Source: Pseudomonadota bacterium
GTDB taxonomy: Bacteria > Bdellovibrionota > UBA1018
Length of the DNA stretch: 64,000 nt
Reading direction: 5' to 3'
Assembly: GCA_027485695.1 (NCBI GenBank)
Contig: JAIXQO010000004.1
Span: forward strand, 194,408-258,407
Shown: positions 46,917-56,448 of the stretch, piece after piece
How the letters are laid out: each line of letters starts with the position of its first letter
Numbering within the stretch: the first letter of the stretch is position 1
Program-made: the position numbers and the translations under genes
The notes under the pieces: generated by a model
Database searches by the model: none
Seen by the model: only the letters and a program-made list of their open reading frames with translations
What the model was told of the DNA's origin: nothing

Positions 46917-48320
46917 TTAGAGCGTGATGTCATCCGATCGTTTTCCGCCGCCACTACCAAAAGACGGAGGAATCGGTGCACCTGGTGCATCTCCGGCCAA
47001 ATTCGCGAAGAGCGTAAACTCGCCAAGCCACGCCAAACGAACAGTACCGGTCTCACCGGCGCGGTGTTTGGCGATGATCAGTTCGCCGATGCCTCTATCC
47101 TCGGACTCTTTATTGTAAACTTCGTCGCGATAAACGAATCCGACGATGTCAGCATCCTGCTCAATAGCGCCCGATTCACGAAGATCGGAGAGCATCGGAC
47201 GTTTATCAGTACGCGCTTCTAGAGCACGAGAAAGCTGCGAAAGCGCAATAATCGGAACCCGCAGTTCCTTAGCGAGTGATTTCAGGTTTCGGCTGATCTC
47301 GGAAATCTCTCGTTCACGCGAGTTTTCACCTTTGGATGCTTTGGAGCCTTTCATCAACTGAAGGTAGTCTACGATGACCAGATCCAGGCGTTTTTCAACG
47401 GATTGCAAACGTCGGCAACGCGCGCGCATGTCCATGACCGTCAAATCACCAGAATCATCGATGAACAGTTTTGCTCTCGAGAGCTGGTCCGCGGCCGTGG
47501 CCAAACGGCCCCAATCTCGTTCAACTAAGCGACCGAGTTTCAGGCGCTTGGAGTCGATTCGAGCAGTACTCGCAATCATCCTCAGTCCGAGTTCCTCTTT
47601 GCTCATCTCGAGCGAAAACATCGCGACGACCGCTCCACCTTGGATCGCGGCGTTCTGCGCGGCTGAAACAACGAGCGAGGATTTACCCATTGCTGGTCGC
47701 CCACCGATGACGATGAGCTGGCCGCCATGCAGACCAGAAGTCATCTTATCGAACTCGGTGAAACCGGTCGAAAGCCCGGTGACGGCCGCGCCCTTGGAGG
47801 AAGCCTCCTCGATCGCATGCATGTTCTGAACAATGATCTCCTGCATGGAGGAGAATGATTTGGTCAGTTTGACGTCGGAAACGGAGAAAACTTTTTTCTC
47901 CGCTTCATCCAAGAACGCATCGACATCATCAACGCGGTCAAAGGCCGCTTCGGCGATCTCAGCGGATACGTCGATCATGCGACGAATGAGCGCCTTGTCG
48001 CGAATAATCTTGGCGTAATAGGCGACGTTTGAAATCGCAAAAGTGTCTTCGACCAGAGACGCGAGAAAACCGCTTCCACCGATGGAGTCGAACCATCCGC
48101 GATCGCGCAGACTGTTCGTCAACGTCACCAGGTCTAGCGGTTGTCCACGACTGGAGAGCTGCAGGAGGAGTTCGAATACTTTTTGGTGGGCGTCGAGGTA
48201 GAAGTCGCGGGGCTCAATGCCCACTTCGACGACGCGGTGGATGGACTCGTTATTGAGAAGGATGGCGCCCAATACGGAACGCTCGGCCTCTAAGTTATGC
48301 GGCGGAATTCTCATTGCCAA
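46917..48320 (-). CDS. dnaB: replicative DNA helicase
   Basis: 467 aa with the N-terminal domain (ERSVLGAILL), Walker A GRPAMGKS and RecA-like motifs. Confidence 0.9.
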   Translation of the reverse strand: MAMRIPPHNLEAERSVLGAILLNNESIHRVVEVGIEPRDFYLDAHQKVFELLLQLSSRGQPLDLVTLTNSLRDRGWFDSIGGSGFLASLVEDTFAISNVAYYAKIIRDKALIRRMIDVSAEIAEAAFDRVDDVDAFLDEAEKKVFSVSDVKLTKSFSSMQEIIVQNMHAIEEASSKGAAVTGLSTGFTEFDKMTSGLHGGQLIVIGGRPAMGKSSLVVSAAQNAAIQGGAVVAMFSLEMSKEELGLRMIASTARIDSKRLKLGRLVERDWGRLATAADQLSRAKLFIDDSGDLTVMDMRARCRRLQSVEKRLDLVIVDYLQLMKGSKASKGENSREREISEISRNLKSLAKELRVPIIALSQLSRALEARTDKRPMLSDLRESGAIEQDADIVGFVYRDEVYNKESEDRGIGELIIAKHRAGETGTVRLAWLGEFTLFANLAGDAPGAPIPPSFGSGGGKRSDDITL

Positions 48321-48511
48321 GTTTACGGCCCCCCCGACCTAAGCTGATGCGTGATTCGCATCTCGAACTCTACGATTATCACAACGAGCGCACCGGCAGA
48401 ATGAGTCATTTTCTGAACAGAGGATGATTAGTCGATGTGCTCTACAAAAAATTCTCAGGACAGAGAACTTTCACGCGGAACGCGCCTGGCGGATTTTGGG
48501 CCAGGACGGCC

Positions 48512-48557
48512 CAAAACAAAAAGCAGAGAGGCATCCTCGTTTCCAAGGACGCCTCTC
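48512..48557 (-). terminator. rho-independent terminator downstream of rplI
   Basis: On the minus strand, the hairpin gagaggcgtccttggaaacgaggatgcctctc is followed by tgctttttgtttt. Confidence 0.6.
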
Positions 48558-48584
48558 AAAAAGTTTCTCAACTGTATTCGAAGA

Positions 48585-49031
48585 TTACTCTTCTTTGACA
48601 ACCCAGACTTTGACCGGAGCGACGACGTCTTGGTCGAACTTCACCGTTACGTCGAAAACGCCGAGCGTCTTGATAGCTTGATCCAGCTGGATCATGCGCT
48701 TCTCAACCGAAACACCAGCTGCCTTGAGGGCGTCTGCAATGTCCGAAGTAGAAACGGAGCCGAAGAGTTTGTCGTTCTCGCCGACTTTGCGGGAGAGCGT
48801 GACTTTCGTATCGGAAATTTTCTTAGCGAGATCCTGGGAGACCGCACGTGCTGCGATGCGCTTCTTCTCAAGGATCTTCTTTTGATTTTCGATCTGCTTC
48901 ACGTTGTTCGCGTCAGCGAGAGCGACGAGTTTGCGTGGCAGAAGGAAGTTACGAGCGAAGCCTTCGGAAACGTTGACGACATCACCGATACGGCCCAGAT
49001 TTTCTACGTTCTCACGCAGGATGACTAACAT
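48585..49031 (-). CDS. rplI: 50S ribosomal protein L9
   Basis: 148 aa starting MLVILRENVENLGRIGDVVNV. Confidence 0.9.
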   Translation of the reverse strand: MLVILRENVENLGRIGDVVNVSEGFARNFLLPRKLVALADANNVKQIENQKKILEKKRIAARAVSQDLAKKISDTKVTLSRKVGENDKLFGSVSTSDIADALKAAGVSVEKRMIQLDQAIKTLGVFDVTVKFDQDVVAPVKVWVVKEE

Positions 49032-49043
49032 GGCGGAACTCCT

Positions 49044-49967
49044 TTAAAGTTTAGAATTTGATTGCCTGAATTTAGCCCGAAAGTCAAACCACTGATCAAA
49101 GAAACCCACCGATAACAGCAGGGGCATCATGAAAAAGATGACCAGCAAGAAGACCAACGAACGGAAAAAACCAAATAATCTGAAACGGTCGAAAAGGGAC
49201 GAGAGCACTGCTACGCCCTGAATCGCGAAGAACGCGAGCAAGATTTTAAGCCCGTTCAGCGCAATTACATAGGTTTTACCCTCAGCGAAGAGCACGATGC
49301 CCCAGAGAACCAGAGCCGGCCAGATCACGTAATCATTGAGTTTCCAGGCCTGAAGGGTCTCTCTCGTTTTGCCTACAGCACTCATCCGCCCTTTCGGGTT
49401 GAACTGAACAACGAAATGAATCGTCGCCCAAACGGACAAAAGCGCGGCGGTCCCGAATGAGGACGGAAGTGACTCCCAGGTCGCCTTTTTCCATTCCGCA
49501 ATCTCATCAGCGTTCATCAGGTTTTTCTGCCCCTGACCTTCGCTGAAGAGTTTTGCGAACTGATCCAAAGCGTCTCGGATCTCTTGCCCCACATGGATTC
49601 CCTGCACCCGGCTGAACACATAAATGCCGCCGAAAACGAAAACCAGTTGTGCGAGCCACGCAACGACCGTCGTCCGCTCGATCGTACCGGAGGGCCGAAC
49701 CAACATCGTCGGTACAACCAGCAAAAGCGGCAACGTCAGCGCTAAAAACAAATATGCAAGAGAAGGTTGGCCAGCGAAATAAATGATCGCCGAATTAGCT
49801 GCCAGCGAAACCGCAGCCCAGAGCGCGCCAAATTGGAACGCAGCCAGAAGCACCGGAAGCGGCGACAAGAACGCGAAAAATGCGCTCAAAAAAAGGGCGG
49901 CGCCCATGAATAGCGGCGTCGCCCGATACCAAGTTCTCAAGAATCCGACTACTCGGTTCCGATTCAC
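49044..49967 (-). CDS. DUF2232 (YybS-like) membrane protein
   Basis: 307-aa polytopic protein between rpsF and rplI, the same position YybS occupies in Firmicutes. Confidence 0.5.
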   Translation of the reverse strand: MNRNRVVGFLRTWYRATPLFMGAALFLSAFFAFLSPLPVLLAAFQFGALWAAVSLAANSAIIYFAGQPSLAYLFLALTLPLLLVVPTMLVRPSGTIERTTVVAWLAQLVFVFGGIYVFSRVQGIHVGQEIRDALDQFAKLFSEGQGQKNLMNADEIAEWKKATWESLPSSFGTAALLSVWATIHFVVQFNPKGRMSAVGKTRETLQAWKLNDYVIWPALVLWGIVLFAEGKTYVIALNGLKILLAFFAIQGVAVLSSLFDRFRLFGFFRSLVFLLVIFFMMPLLLSVGFFDQWFDFRAKFRQSNSKL

Positions 49968-49973
49968 CCGGAA

Positions 49974-50450
49974 TTACTCCTCCGAGGAGGAAGAATCCGA
50001 ATGGTCATCTCCGCCGCCACGCTCTTCAGCTTCGAAACGACGGCGTTCAGCCGCGCGCTCTTCACGGCGTGCTTCGCGCTCTTCTTCACGCTTCTTGGCT
50101 TGTGCCTTGAGGGTGTCTTTGCGCTTGGCGTACTCTTCGCCGTTGAATTCTTCGGCGACGTTCACGGAGAGGAAGCGGAGAACGTGTTCGTTGAGGCGCA
50201 GGTTACGCTCCATCTCAGAAACAACGTTGCCAGTTCCCGTGTACACGTAGTGCGTGTAGCGTCCGCGGGATTCTTTTTCAATTTTGTATGCGAGTTTACG
50301 GGTTCCCCAGTCTTCTTCAGAGACGAGGGCGCCTTTGTACTGGCCGACGACTTCTTTGAGCTTCTCTTGAAGCGCGCGGAGTTGGTCATCCGTCATTTCC
50401 GGACGGGTGATGAAAGTCGTTTCGTAACCAGCAAGAACAGTCTTAGCCAT
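49974..50450 (-). CDS. rpsF: 30S ribosomal protein S6 with acidic/Arg-rich C-terminal extension
   Basis: The S6 core starts at MAKTVLAGYETTFITRPEM (ATG at ~50450), whereas the track ORF extends to 50558. The tail reads RREERAAERRRFEAEERGGGDDHSDSSSSEE. Confidence 0.85.
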   Translation of the reverse strand: MAKTVLAGYETTFITRPEMTDDQLRALQEKLKEVVGQYKGALVSEEDWGTRKLAYKIEKESRGRYTHYVYTGTGNVVSEMERNLRLNEHVLRFLSVNVAEEFNGEEYAKRKDTLKAQAKKREEEREARREERAAERRRFEAEERGGGDDHSDSSSSEE

Positions 50451-50680
50451 TTGTAATGCCTTCCTTATGGATGCAGGAGCTTCGGCGATGATCGCCGGAA
50501 ATCCGGAGCCCGCCAGGGAAATCCCGCGAGCAAGGTTGAAAAGTCGAAGTCCGGACATTACCCGAAGAAGATGTGCTTTTCATCATTCTTTATTTTTTGC
50601 ATGATAAAATGGATAAATATTTGTTTTTATAAGACATTTTTAACCTTTACGAATTAAATAGTTATTCGCAATATAGGCAA

Positions 50681-51166
50681 ATGACCACGCAGGAATGGCA
50701 AAACTGGTTTAGCCAACACCTCAACTCCCCGAAAAACATCTCGCTTTCGTTCGAATCGAAATGGTTTGAGTCCCCGCCATTAGTCCTGCGTGCTTGGCTC
50801 GCGGAAAACCCCACTCAAATCCCAGTTGCTCGGCGATTTTTTCAGAAAATAGAAAAGACCCGATTCCGGGAGCCAAACGAAATGGCGCACTTATTCAAAA
50901 AATGGCGGTCACTGATTTTCGAAAAACTATCGAAACCCCCGACATTATCCCCTGACGCTCGCGAAGAGATCCTTCGTCAGCTTCTGAGAGATCGCGAACG
51001 AATCACGGTAGAGGACTACCTCACCGCGCTCGGGCCGACTGTCACTCGCCGTGTCGCACAACTCGATCTACAAACTTTTCCATTTTTGAAAAAACGCGGG
51101 AAAACTCAAGCTCGCTTCTATGTGAGATCTCCGATCCCTCGCGGACTACGCCGACCCTCTTTCTGA
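50681..51166 (+). CDS. hypothetical protein
   Basis: 161-aa ORF with no motifs. It is basic and probably cytoplasmic. Confidence 0.3.
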   Translation: MTTQEWQNWFSQHLNSPKNISLSFESKWFESPPLVLRAWLAENPTQIPVARRFFQKIEKTRFREPNEMAHLFKKWRSLIFEKLSKPPTLSPDAREEILRQLLRDRERITVEDYLTALGPTVTRRVAQLDLQTFPFLKKRGKTQARFYVRSPIPRGLRRPSF

Positions 51167-51183
51167 GGGGGAAAAATGGGATT

Positions 51184-52503
51184 TCAACGGACCTTAAAAA
51201 CACCATCCGTCAATTCACGATCAAGCTCCTGAATCCGCTCCATCACACCAGGCGTTCGGAAACCTGGTAAAAGTTCACTCAATTTCCCCCAGTGATCGGC
51301 CATCCACGCAGACGATGCTTGAAATACTCCTGACTGAAACACAGCCATCGAATGATGCTTTAAGAACTCCCGTGAAGACATCTTCATGATCGAGTAAGGT
51401 GTTCCGGCGTATTCACCATTCACTCCAATTGGTCGAAACCCCATTTGCGAAAAGAGTCGCTGGTGGACTCCATCTGCCTGAATATAGAGTTGAGTTCGTG
51501 GGCCAGCGGCAAACATCGCAGAAATCTGGGCCCAGTCGGTGACCGATGCTTCGACGACCTTGTTCTTTTTGATCACGAGTCGACCCGGCTCTGATGCCAA
51601 CTCCCCTTCTACTCGTGGCGCTCGCATTTTAGAAATGAGTTCAAACGGCAACAGCTCATCAGGCGAAAATGAGTAAACCAGAGAAACGCCACTCTCGATC
51701 TCAAAATGTTCCGGCAATTCGGTGTAAAACGAATGTTGCGCTCGCGGCAGGATGGCTGGATTCACGCCGGTATATAGCGGAAGCGCTGGGTTGAGTTCGG
51801 GATAATTCACGATGGGCGAATGGGTCTTCACCATCAAGAGAGTTCGACTCTCGGTTTTTTCTGATGCTTCGCGGAGTTTAGCTGCGTCCGCCTCGCTGAT
51901 TTTCAAGCGTTCATAATAAGTAGAAAACACCTGATTTCGATAGTCGCTCACTAAATTGCGGTAAGCTGCAGGTGCAGTTTCCGGAAGCGGTCCTGCTGCG
52001 AGATTCAAGAAAAAATAGGTGGTCGGTTTTTTGGCATTCGTTTGGGTCTGAAAAACAATGCCCTTGAATCCATCAGGCATTTGGAAATGATGCCCTTTTC
52101 GAATGAAATCCCAGAACACTAGCTGGATATGATCTTCGATCGCTTGATGACTGGTTTGAACTGTCACTTGGAATAGTCCGTGTCGAAAAGTCGCCTGTAA
52201 ACTGAGGTTGCCGGCTTCGGTCGAAAATGCAGATTTATTAAAAGAGTCTCCCCCAGCCGTACGGAACATGATCCGTAGCAATTGATCCGAGTCCAGCGGC
52301 TGAAGCATAAACGGCCCTAAGGCGACCTTCCCGAACATCTGCCCAAATGCTGCTTCGGGATATTGAAGCACGGACCTGCAAAACTTCTCGAAATCTGTCG
52401 CGGCAGCCAACGGCGAAAGAAGCGCCGCCGTCGCACCAAACCATCCGATCAAAATTCGAATCGTTCGAAACCCCATCATTGGCTTTTCGGAAATCCCGAA
52501 CAT
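51184..52503 (-). CDS. secreted hypothetical protein downstream of tetR (same operon)
   Basis: 439 aa with an N-terminal signal peptide (ILIGWFGATAALLSPLAAA). It starts 10 nt after the TetR stop. Confidence 0.45.
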   Translation of the reverse strand: MFGISEKPMMGFRTIRILIGWFGATAALLSPLAAATDFEKFCRSVLQYPEAAFGQMFGKVALGPFMLQPLDSDQLLRIMFRTAGGDSFNKSAFSTEAGNLSLQATFRHGLFQVTVQTSHQAIEDHIQLVFWDFIRKGHHFQMPDGFKGIVFQTQTNAKKPTTYFFLNLAAGPLPETAPAAYRNLVSDYRNQVFSTYYERLKISEADAAKLREASEKTESRTLLMVKTHSPIVNYPELNPALPLYTGVNPAILPRAQHSFYTELPEHFEIESGVSLVYSFSPDELLPFELISKMRAPRVEGELASEPGRLVIKKNKVVEASVTDWAQISAMFAAGPRTQLYIQADGVHQRLFSQMGFRPIGVNGEYAGTPYSIMKMSSREFLKHHSMAVFQSGVFQASSAWMADHWGKLSELLPGFRTPGVMERIQELDRELTDGVFKVR

Positions 52504-52512
52504 TCGATTGAA

Positions 52513-53157
52513 CTATTGGTCAAAAACCTGCGCGGAGTTCTCTAGAACCGCCAATAATTCGACGATTTCTGAGATCGTCTGCTCCATCCACTGCTCAGAC
52601 GTGATCCCGTGGTCCATCGTGAAATACCTCTGAATGGCGAAAAAATAAGTGCGATACAAAATTTCGGACTTTTTTCGAGCTACCGATGCCCGTACTCCCG
52701 GCTCGTGCTCCAGGAAAATATTCTCCAGTCTGCGAACAGCATGCGCATAAAACTGGGTATTGAGTCTCCTCAGTCGACGATCAATCGAGGCGTGATGATA
52801 GAACAGGATGAAGCATCGATAGTAGTGCTTGTGCCGCAGGAAAAAATTCAGATTGCTTCGGACGATGTTCAGAACTTGGTCTTCGGTCGAGGACTCTCGA
52901 TGACCCATCGATGAATCAATCGATTTCAGACCGACTTGCGCGATATAGAGAACGACTTTTTCGAACAGAAGTTCTTTCTTCGGAAAATAGTGAGCAACCA
53001 ATGCTCGACTCGTACCCGCTTGTTTAGCGATCTCAGTGATAGAAGCATTTTCCAGGCCTAAGTTCCCGATACAAAAGGCACTAGCTTCGAGAAGATTCTC
53101 CTCGGTCCTCACTGATTTCTGCGTTTTTACGGGTGGCGTTTTTTTCTGCGATTTCAA
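52513..53157 (-). CDS. TetR/AcrR-family transcriptional regulator
   Basis: The N-terminal HTH reads LENASITEIAKQAGTSRALVAHYFPKKELLF. Confidence 0.8.
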   Translation of the reverse strand: MKSQKKTPPVKTQKSVRTEENLLEASAFCIGNLGLENASITEIAKQAGTSRALVAHYFPKKELLFEKVVLYIAQVGLKSIDSSMGHRESSTEDQVLNIVRSNLNFFLRHKHYYRCFILFYHHASIDRRLRRLNTQFYAHAVRRLENIFLEHEPGVRASVARKKSEILYRTYFFAIQRYFTMDHGITSEQWMEQTISEIVELLAVLENSAQVFDQ

Positions 53158-53227
53158 CCAAGGCTCCCTTCCTGAGAAATAAACGAGTAATCGAAGTGTT
53201 TCGCTTATTTCCCATTCTATTTCATTT

Positions 53228-53243
53228 TTGAACGATTGTTCAA
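53228..53243. promoter_or_regulatory. perfect 16-bp palindromic operator TTGAACgattGTTCAA (tetR-proximal copy)
   Basis: Read directly from the sequence ~70 bp upstream of the tetR start. Confidence 0.5.
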
Positions 53244-53293
53244 AAACATTTTGACGCTATCGGTCATCAGAATATATCTAACCACTATGTAAC

Positions 53294-53308
53294 TGAACGA
53301 TTGTTCAA
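53294..53308. promoter_or_regulatory. second copy of the operator (cTGAACgattGTTCAA), ~30 bp upstream of the divergent secreted-protein gene
   Basis: Near-identical repeat 66 bp from copy 1. An SD AAGGAG follows at 53325..53330. Confidence 0.5.
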
Positions 53309-53336
53309 TTTTAGTCTCAACCCCAAGGAGTCTCCT

Positions 53337-53843
53337 ATGAAAAACGTTATCCTCTCTGTATGCGCACTGATCGTCACACTGACCGGGGCTACCTCAAGCG
53401 CCCGCTCGGAAATGGTCGACGAATCGATGGCCAAACCCTATAAATTTGAATGTTTTCTGATCCAGAGAAAAGTCCCGACCAAACGTGAGTTCGTTTGTTT
53501 CTCCGGCACAACGAATCAGCCCATGCCCTATGATCTGAGCGAACTTTTCATGGTGGACCTGGACGCCGCCAATCAAATTGTTTCCGGGTTCAAATTTAAA
53601 TTCACGCTCGAAGAAGCCGGGTTCGCAAAATGCCCAGGATGCGCTTTATATGACACCATTCCAGCTGCCAATGCACCGCAGCTGGTCGTCAAAGGAGCCA
53701 CTCTCCAGCATATCGAACTTCGCTTTCTCAATGGTGGCCAAATAACGACGTATTTCCAGGGTGGTCTCAAGTTTACCTATGAGCTCATCCCGGCAAATTC
53801 GAATGAGACCGCCTACATTTACCGCATGTTCTTTGGGCAATAG
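53337..53843 (+). CDS. secreted hypothetical protein divergent from tetR
   Basis: Start MKNVILSVCALIVTLTGATSSA with a strong SD AAGGAG. The track start at 53301 lies inside the operator. The protein is Cys-containing and beta-rich. Confidence 0.5.
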   Translation: MKNVILSVCALIVTLTGATSSARSEMVDESMAKPYKFECFLIQRKVPTKREFVCFSGTTNQPMPYDLSELFMVDLDAANQIVSGFKFKFTLEEAGFAKCPGCALYDTIPAANAPQLVVKGATLQHIELRFLNGGQITTYFQGGLKFTYELIPANSNETAYIYRMFFGQ

Positions 53844-53965
53844 ATCCCATCACAATCTATTCAAACACGTGTACTTCGATGCGCTACGCGGAAAGTTCGA
53901 ATAGATCTAAATTTTCCCAATTTTTTACAGTTAATCATGAATTCAACTACAACAAAGGAATCACC

Positions 53966-54451
53966 GTGAAAAACAAACTTTTTGCCCTTCTAACAATAGC
54001 TATCATGAACTCAACCTCCAGCTGGGCCTGCATGGGCGGAAGCTATGAAATTCAAATTCCAGAATACGGGAAATGCGTGCTCAACGCGGACGGAATTTCT
54101 TGCGGAGGTAAGTCTCTCCCGATGATGTATATCGATGACATTGGCGACATGAGCGATATGAAATTTGCGGATATCCGTTATCAACAGTGGGGTACGATTC
54201 AACTGATGTACAACACCAATCAACGCCGAGCCAACAACCCAAACGGACTCAAATGGGTGGCACTGGGCTCACTCGATGATGCCAATATTTTCTCGATCTT
54301 CGAACTCTACGAGAACAATCAGCGCAAGGTGATCAAACTTGAATCGAATCGGGCGCCCGGTGGAGGAGCGTACCGCAGTTTTTCCCCCGCCGCGAACAAG
54401 GGAGCCGGTAAAATCTACGGAATCTCGTACGACGCCGATATAGGCTGCTAA
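53966..54451 (+). CDS. secreted hypothetical Cys-rich protein
   Basis: Probable GTG start (VKNKLFALLTIAIMNSTSSWA) with an SD AAAGGA 6 nt upstream. The track ORF 53879.. is longer. Confidence 0.4.
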   Translation: MKNKLFALLTIAIMNSTSSWACMGGSYEIQIPEYGKCVLNADGISCGGKSLPMMYIDDIGDMSDMKFADIRYQQWGTIQLMYNTNQRRANNPNGLKWVALGSLDDANIFSIFELYENNQRKVIKLESNRAPGGGAYRSFSPAANKGAGKIYGISYDADIGC

Positions 54452-54505
54452 TTGCCGTTCATTCACTGAGGTCTAGACGAACGATGAAAATCGGCGCTCT
54501 AGACC

Positions 54506-54742
54506 TCATTTTTTTACTGATTCGGACGCTGGTTTTCGGCTTGAGTCAGCGGGGAGAGACTCCATTGGCCGTGGTGTCTTTTTGGCTTTTGCCTGGGCAG
54601 GTTTGCGCTTGGTCACAGGTGCGTCGATGGCGTCGAAGAACTCTTCCACGTGACTACCCACGTTGTCCGATTCGGCGCGCGAATAAGACATCCAACCAAA
54701 ACTCGACACCACTAGAAGAAAAACAAAACCTAGGTAATACAC
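54506..54742 (-). CDS. small membrane protein downstream of tatC, weakly TatA/TatB-like
   Basis: The N-terminal pattern M-x-x-LG-x-x-x-LLVV-x-x-FG and ...NVGSHVEEFFDAI resemble the TatA TM hinge and amphipathic helix. The tail is Lys-rich. The canonical FGxxKLP motif is absent. Confidence 0.3.
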   Translation of the reverse strand: MYYLGFVFLLVVSSFGWMSYSRAESDNVGSHVEEFFDAIDAPVTKRKPAQAKAKKTPRPMESLPADSSRKPASESVKK

Positions 54743-54929
54743 ACTCTCAGTATAAACCCACCCGAGTTGCCGCGCTAGGCGCGGATTACGGGAACTTTCG
54801 ATTTCCTCTCCGCCCCCAAAACTGCGTCAAAAAAGGGCGCCACTTATAAATGATTTGAACGATTCACCGAGGAATTTTCGGCAAAAACAGTGTCATTCTT
54901 GACATGACTTCCTGAGGAAATCACTTCGT

Positions 54930-55721
54930 TCAGTAATCGGATTTGCCTTCGAGCGGGTTTTTCTCCGCTGGCACTGTCGCGTCGACCTTGCGCTTGCGTC
55001 CGATCGCGTGGACGACCCAAATGGATCCTTCGTACATGAGGATCAATGGCGCCATGAGGATCAACATCGAAACCGCGTCCGGTGGCGCAAACAGCGCCGA
55101 AACCACGGTAATTCCGATAATCGCATTCCGACGGTGCGTCTTCAGAAACTGAGAGTCGACCAATCCAAGCACGCCGGCCAGTACGATGAATACCGGTAGC
55201 TCGAAGCCCAGTCCAAAAAGCAGCATCAGCTTCAAACAAGTCGAGTAATAAGAATCGATCGTCAACATCGGGACGTCAGCTGGGCCGCCGTAAGTGACGA
55301 AGAACTTGAAGCCAACGGGAAACAACACGTAATACGCAAAGAGCGCACCGCCCACAAAAAACACCGTCGCGGCAGAAATGAATGGGATGACGAGCTTCTT
55401 CTCGCGCTCCCGTAGCCCCGGCGAAATGAACGACCAGAGCTCATAGAAAAAATAGGGCGAGAACAGGAAGACCGACAGGTAGCCTGCGATCTTCAGATGC
55501 GTGAAAAAGTTTTCAAAAAGAGAGGTGAAATAGAGGTTCTGCTTCTCGACCGGCAAAACCTCAAAAAGCGGGGCGCGCAGCCAAGCCATGACGGGCTCGG
55601 AGAAATAGTAGCCTCCGCCGAATCCGATCACGAATGCATACAACATCCGCATCAAACGCGCGCGGAGTTCGTCGAAGTGATCGAAAAAACTCATTCTCTT
55701 TTCTTGATCATGGGGCAACAT
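54930..55721 (-). CDS. tatC: twin-arginine translocase subunit TatC
   Basis: 263 aa with N-terminus ...MSFFDHFDELRARLMRMLY and 6 TM helices. Confidence 0.85.
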   Translation of the reverse strand: MLPHDQEKRMSFFDHFDELRARLMRMLYAFVIGFGGGYYFSEPVMAWLRAPLFEVLPVEKQNLYFTSLFENFFTHLKIAGYLSVFLFSPYFFYELWSFISPGLREREKKLVIPFISAATVFFVGGALFAYYVLFPVGFKFFVTYGGPADVPMLTIDSYYSTCLKLMLLFGLGFELPVFIVLAGVLGLVDSQFLKTHRRNAIIGITVVSALFAPPDAVSMLILMAPLILMYEGSIWVVHAIGRKRKVDATVPAEKNPLEGKSDY

Positions 55722-55747
55722 AGGGTCTACCTAGGAGACTATCAACG

Positions 55748-56422
55748 ATGACCGACAATGAAAACCCGAAGAAAGGTCCGAGCGCAAATAACCCGAATCG
55801 CAAAAAACTCGCTGTCGCAGGCCTGACTTTACTTCTGGTTGGGTTGATCGCGACTTTTTACCTTCGCTACGTGCGCGAAGAGCCGCTTTTCCCGCCGACC
55901 TCGACCTCCGCCCCTGCCCCAGCGCCCGAAAATGAGGTCGTGGCAAGTGATCAGGTCATCCAAAAACTCGAGACCGATGACAAAGGCGTGTCCCTTATTC
56001 ATGGAAAATTCGAGACCACCCAAGGGGTCATTGAGATTCGTTTCTTTCCCAAAGATGCTCCGAACACGGTCCGACGAATCGTCGAGTTAATGAAATCAGG
56101 TTTCTACAACGGGATTAAATTTCACCGGGTCGTACCCGATTTTGTCGTCCAAGGCGGCGATCCTACCGGCACCGGCGGCGGGGGAAGCGGCCAGAAACTC
56201 AAAGCCGAGTTCAACCAACGCAAACACAAACCAGGCTCTATTGCCATGGCTCGAACTCCGGATCCCGATTCGGCGGACAGCCAGTTCTACATTTGCCTAA
56301 ACGACCTCCCGCAGCTCGACGGCGCCTACACGGTCTTCGGCCAGGTGGTCAAAGGTATGGACGTCGTCAAGAAGATCAAAATGGGCGACAAGATCATCCG
56401 GTCGAGTATCATCACTCGATAG
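55748..56422 (+). CDS. cyclophilin-type peptidyl-prolyl cis-trans isomerase, membrane-anchored
   Basis: N-terminal TM, then the cyclophilin core (FHRVVPDFVVQGGDPTGTGGGG, GSIAMAR). Confidence 0.85.
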   Translation: MTDNENPKKGPSANNPNRKKLAVAGLTLLLVGLIATFYLRYVREEPLFPPTSTSAPAPAPENEVVASDQVIQKLETDDKGVSLIHGKFETTQGVIEIRFFPKDAPNTVRRIVELMKSGFYNGIKFHRVVPDFVVQGGDPTGTGGGGSGQKLKAEFNQRKHKPGSIAMARTPDPDSADSQFYICLNDLPQLDGAYTVFGQVVKGMDVVKKIKMGDKIIRSSIITR

Positions 56423-56448
56423 TGACGTCGGTCAGTTCCGAGCTTTCT

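Noticed and set aside
54484-54849. 121-aa + strand ORF downstream of the secreted-protein genes
   Set aside because: It is Arg/Pro-rich with no features and overlaps the more plausible TatA-like minus-strand ORF. It is probably non-coding.
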